Made by a program: the position numbers and the translations under genes | In this document: one piece after another, positions 63,001 through 64,000 of the stretch | Layout: the number at the start of each line of letters is the position of its first letter | Numbering within the stretch: position 1 is the first letter of the stretch | Assembly (NCBI GenBank): GCA_030141605.1 | Contig: JAQGDQ010000159.1 | Span: 1 to 64,000, forward strand | Length of the DNA: 64,000 nucleotides | Direction: 5' to 3' | Origin: Tubiluchus corallicola | Taxonomy: Eukaryota > Animalia > Priapulida | Notes under the pieces: generated by a model | The model's database searches: none | What the model was told of the DNA's origin: nothing | The model's input: only the letters and a program-made list of their open reading frames with translations

Positions 63001-63380
63001 TAGGAATGCTGTGCAATGCTACAAAAAATGACAAGCATAATTTTTTTTATGTACTTACTTTTCATTAACTATTTCAGCAGTTTTCCTAGTTTGGTAACCT
63101 TTAGTTTAGTAACCTCTATACACTATTGCTCAACAAAGTATCTAGTTGGTGAAATTATATGTTACATGTATAATATATTGAACTCAACTCAGCGGCTACA
63201 TGGGCGAGATTAATATGATTTGCTTTTTCAGTGGTCACATAGTTTGGTCACCCTTGATATTTCTTGGTGCGAGTTTTCTGAAGAAACAATGTCACGAGCA
63301 CTTAGTATACTAGCATCCAAAGCTAAGAGACTTCGTAACTTTGATGTAACTGGCACAGCAACTAAACTTGAAAGTATTAG
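54093..63380 (+). CDS. FBXL6: F-box/LRR-repeat protein 6 homolog (3' end beyond the window)
   Basis: Exons 54093-54253, 56531-56710, 57433-57625, 58816-58947, 59668-59787, 61430-61588, 61720-61799, 62461-62617, 63232-63380. F-box WGTLMPPELLVHIFQYVANIDGAVPFLVRISKVCRLWSRVSSDDSLWQKVDLS; LRRs HCPELLVLDIS, IEKFQEKCPKLRIF, GFRYLEELSI, LKLLDIRDC, KWSHSLVTLDIS, LRNFDVTGT. Two donors are GC. Confidence 0.88.
60303..60405 (-). mobile_element. tRNA-derived SINE, MetaSINE-like
   Basis: Minus strand: GGTAGCATG...GGTCGCGAATTCAACTCC (box-B-like), then CCTACCAAAGACTTAAAAAATAGTACTGCTTCTTC, resembling the recalled Meta-domain start CCAAAGACTATAAAATTGGTA..TGCTTCTCC. Confidence 0.55.
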
Positions 63381-64000
63381 GTAAGATATTGAGGTAAATA
63401 CGAACAAAATATTAGTAAGATGTGCTGAAATGTGGCATGGTTCTGCTTTTGTATAAGCTTGCAAGAAGATATGTGTGATACATTTTAGCTTTCAAGAATT
63501 TCCTGTATTGTCTGCTAGTGCTAGAGTGTGTTCCATCTTACAGCTCTTTAAGTATCATTTATAAGATAATGTTTGTTTTAATGTAAATAAAGTCGATATA
63601 AAAAACATTCCAGATTGGGAAAGCCATAGCCTTTATCGGCATTCATTGGCAGGTGTGAAGTGTACAGTGAAATAACGTAAATAAAGCAAAGTCTCCTTTG
63701 TAGCTTTGCATTAGATTTGTGCTGCTAAGCCTAGTCTGGTTGAGTGTGTATTTAGTCATCTATTGATACTGGCAGACCTAATCCTGGTAGTAAGTTTGCC
63801 TTACATAGGCTTACCATATCTGTATTGATAAAAACATATCAGTAGATCTAATGGGGGGGGGGGGGGTGTTAGAATACTGCTATCCTCAAAGCGGTTTGGG
63901 AAATGCATTTCCTGCATTTTAAGCTATCTTTGAGACCTTAAACTGGAAGATACTTGTTATTTTGTGTGCATCAATTTGAACAATTTCAAACGTTTTGGGA

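Overview
AT-rich, intron-containing DNA from an animal genome, probably an invertebrate; nothing here is prokaryotic. Most entries in the ORF track are noise. Six protein-coding genes were rebuilt by hand from splice sites and reading phase: ERp29/windbeutel (+, 4 exons), a ZNF143/Staf-derived gene whose zinc-finger array is internally duplicated (+, 9 coding exons), a RERG/RASL-type small GTPase (-, 5 coding exons), an intronless heparan sulfate 3-O-sulfotransferase-like gene (+), an Ikaros/Hunchback-type zinc-finger gene (-), and FBXL6 (+, runs off the right end). Introns and intergenic DNA hold LINE relics, tRNA-derived SINE heads, several distinct TIR elements, a ~43-bp minisatellite and microsatellites. 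Most notable: the doubled ZNF143 finger array with a damaged 5' finger and a third relic copy; an inverted repeat (arms ~160-180 bp) bracketing the ERp29 promoter and first exon; two consecutive GC-AG introns in FBXL6; and an HS3ST-like enzyme with a remodelled acceptor site. Family assignments rest on recalled motifs, not database searches.
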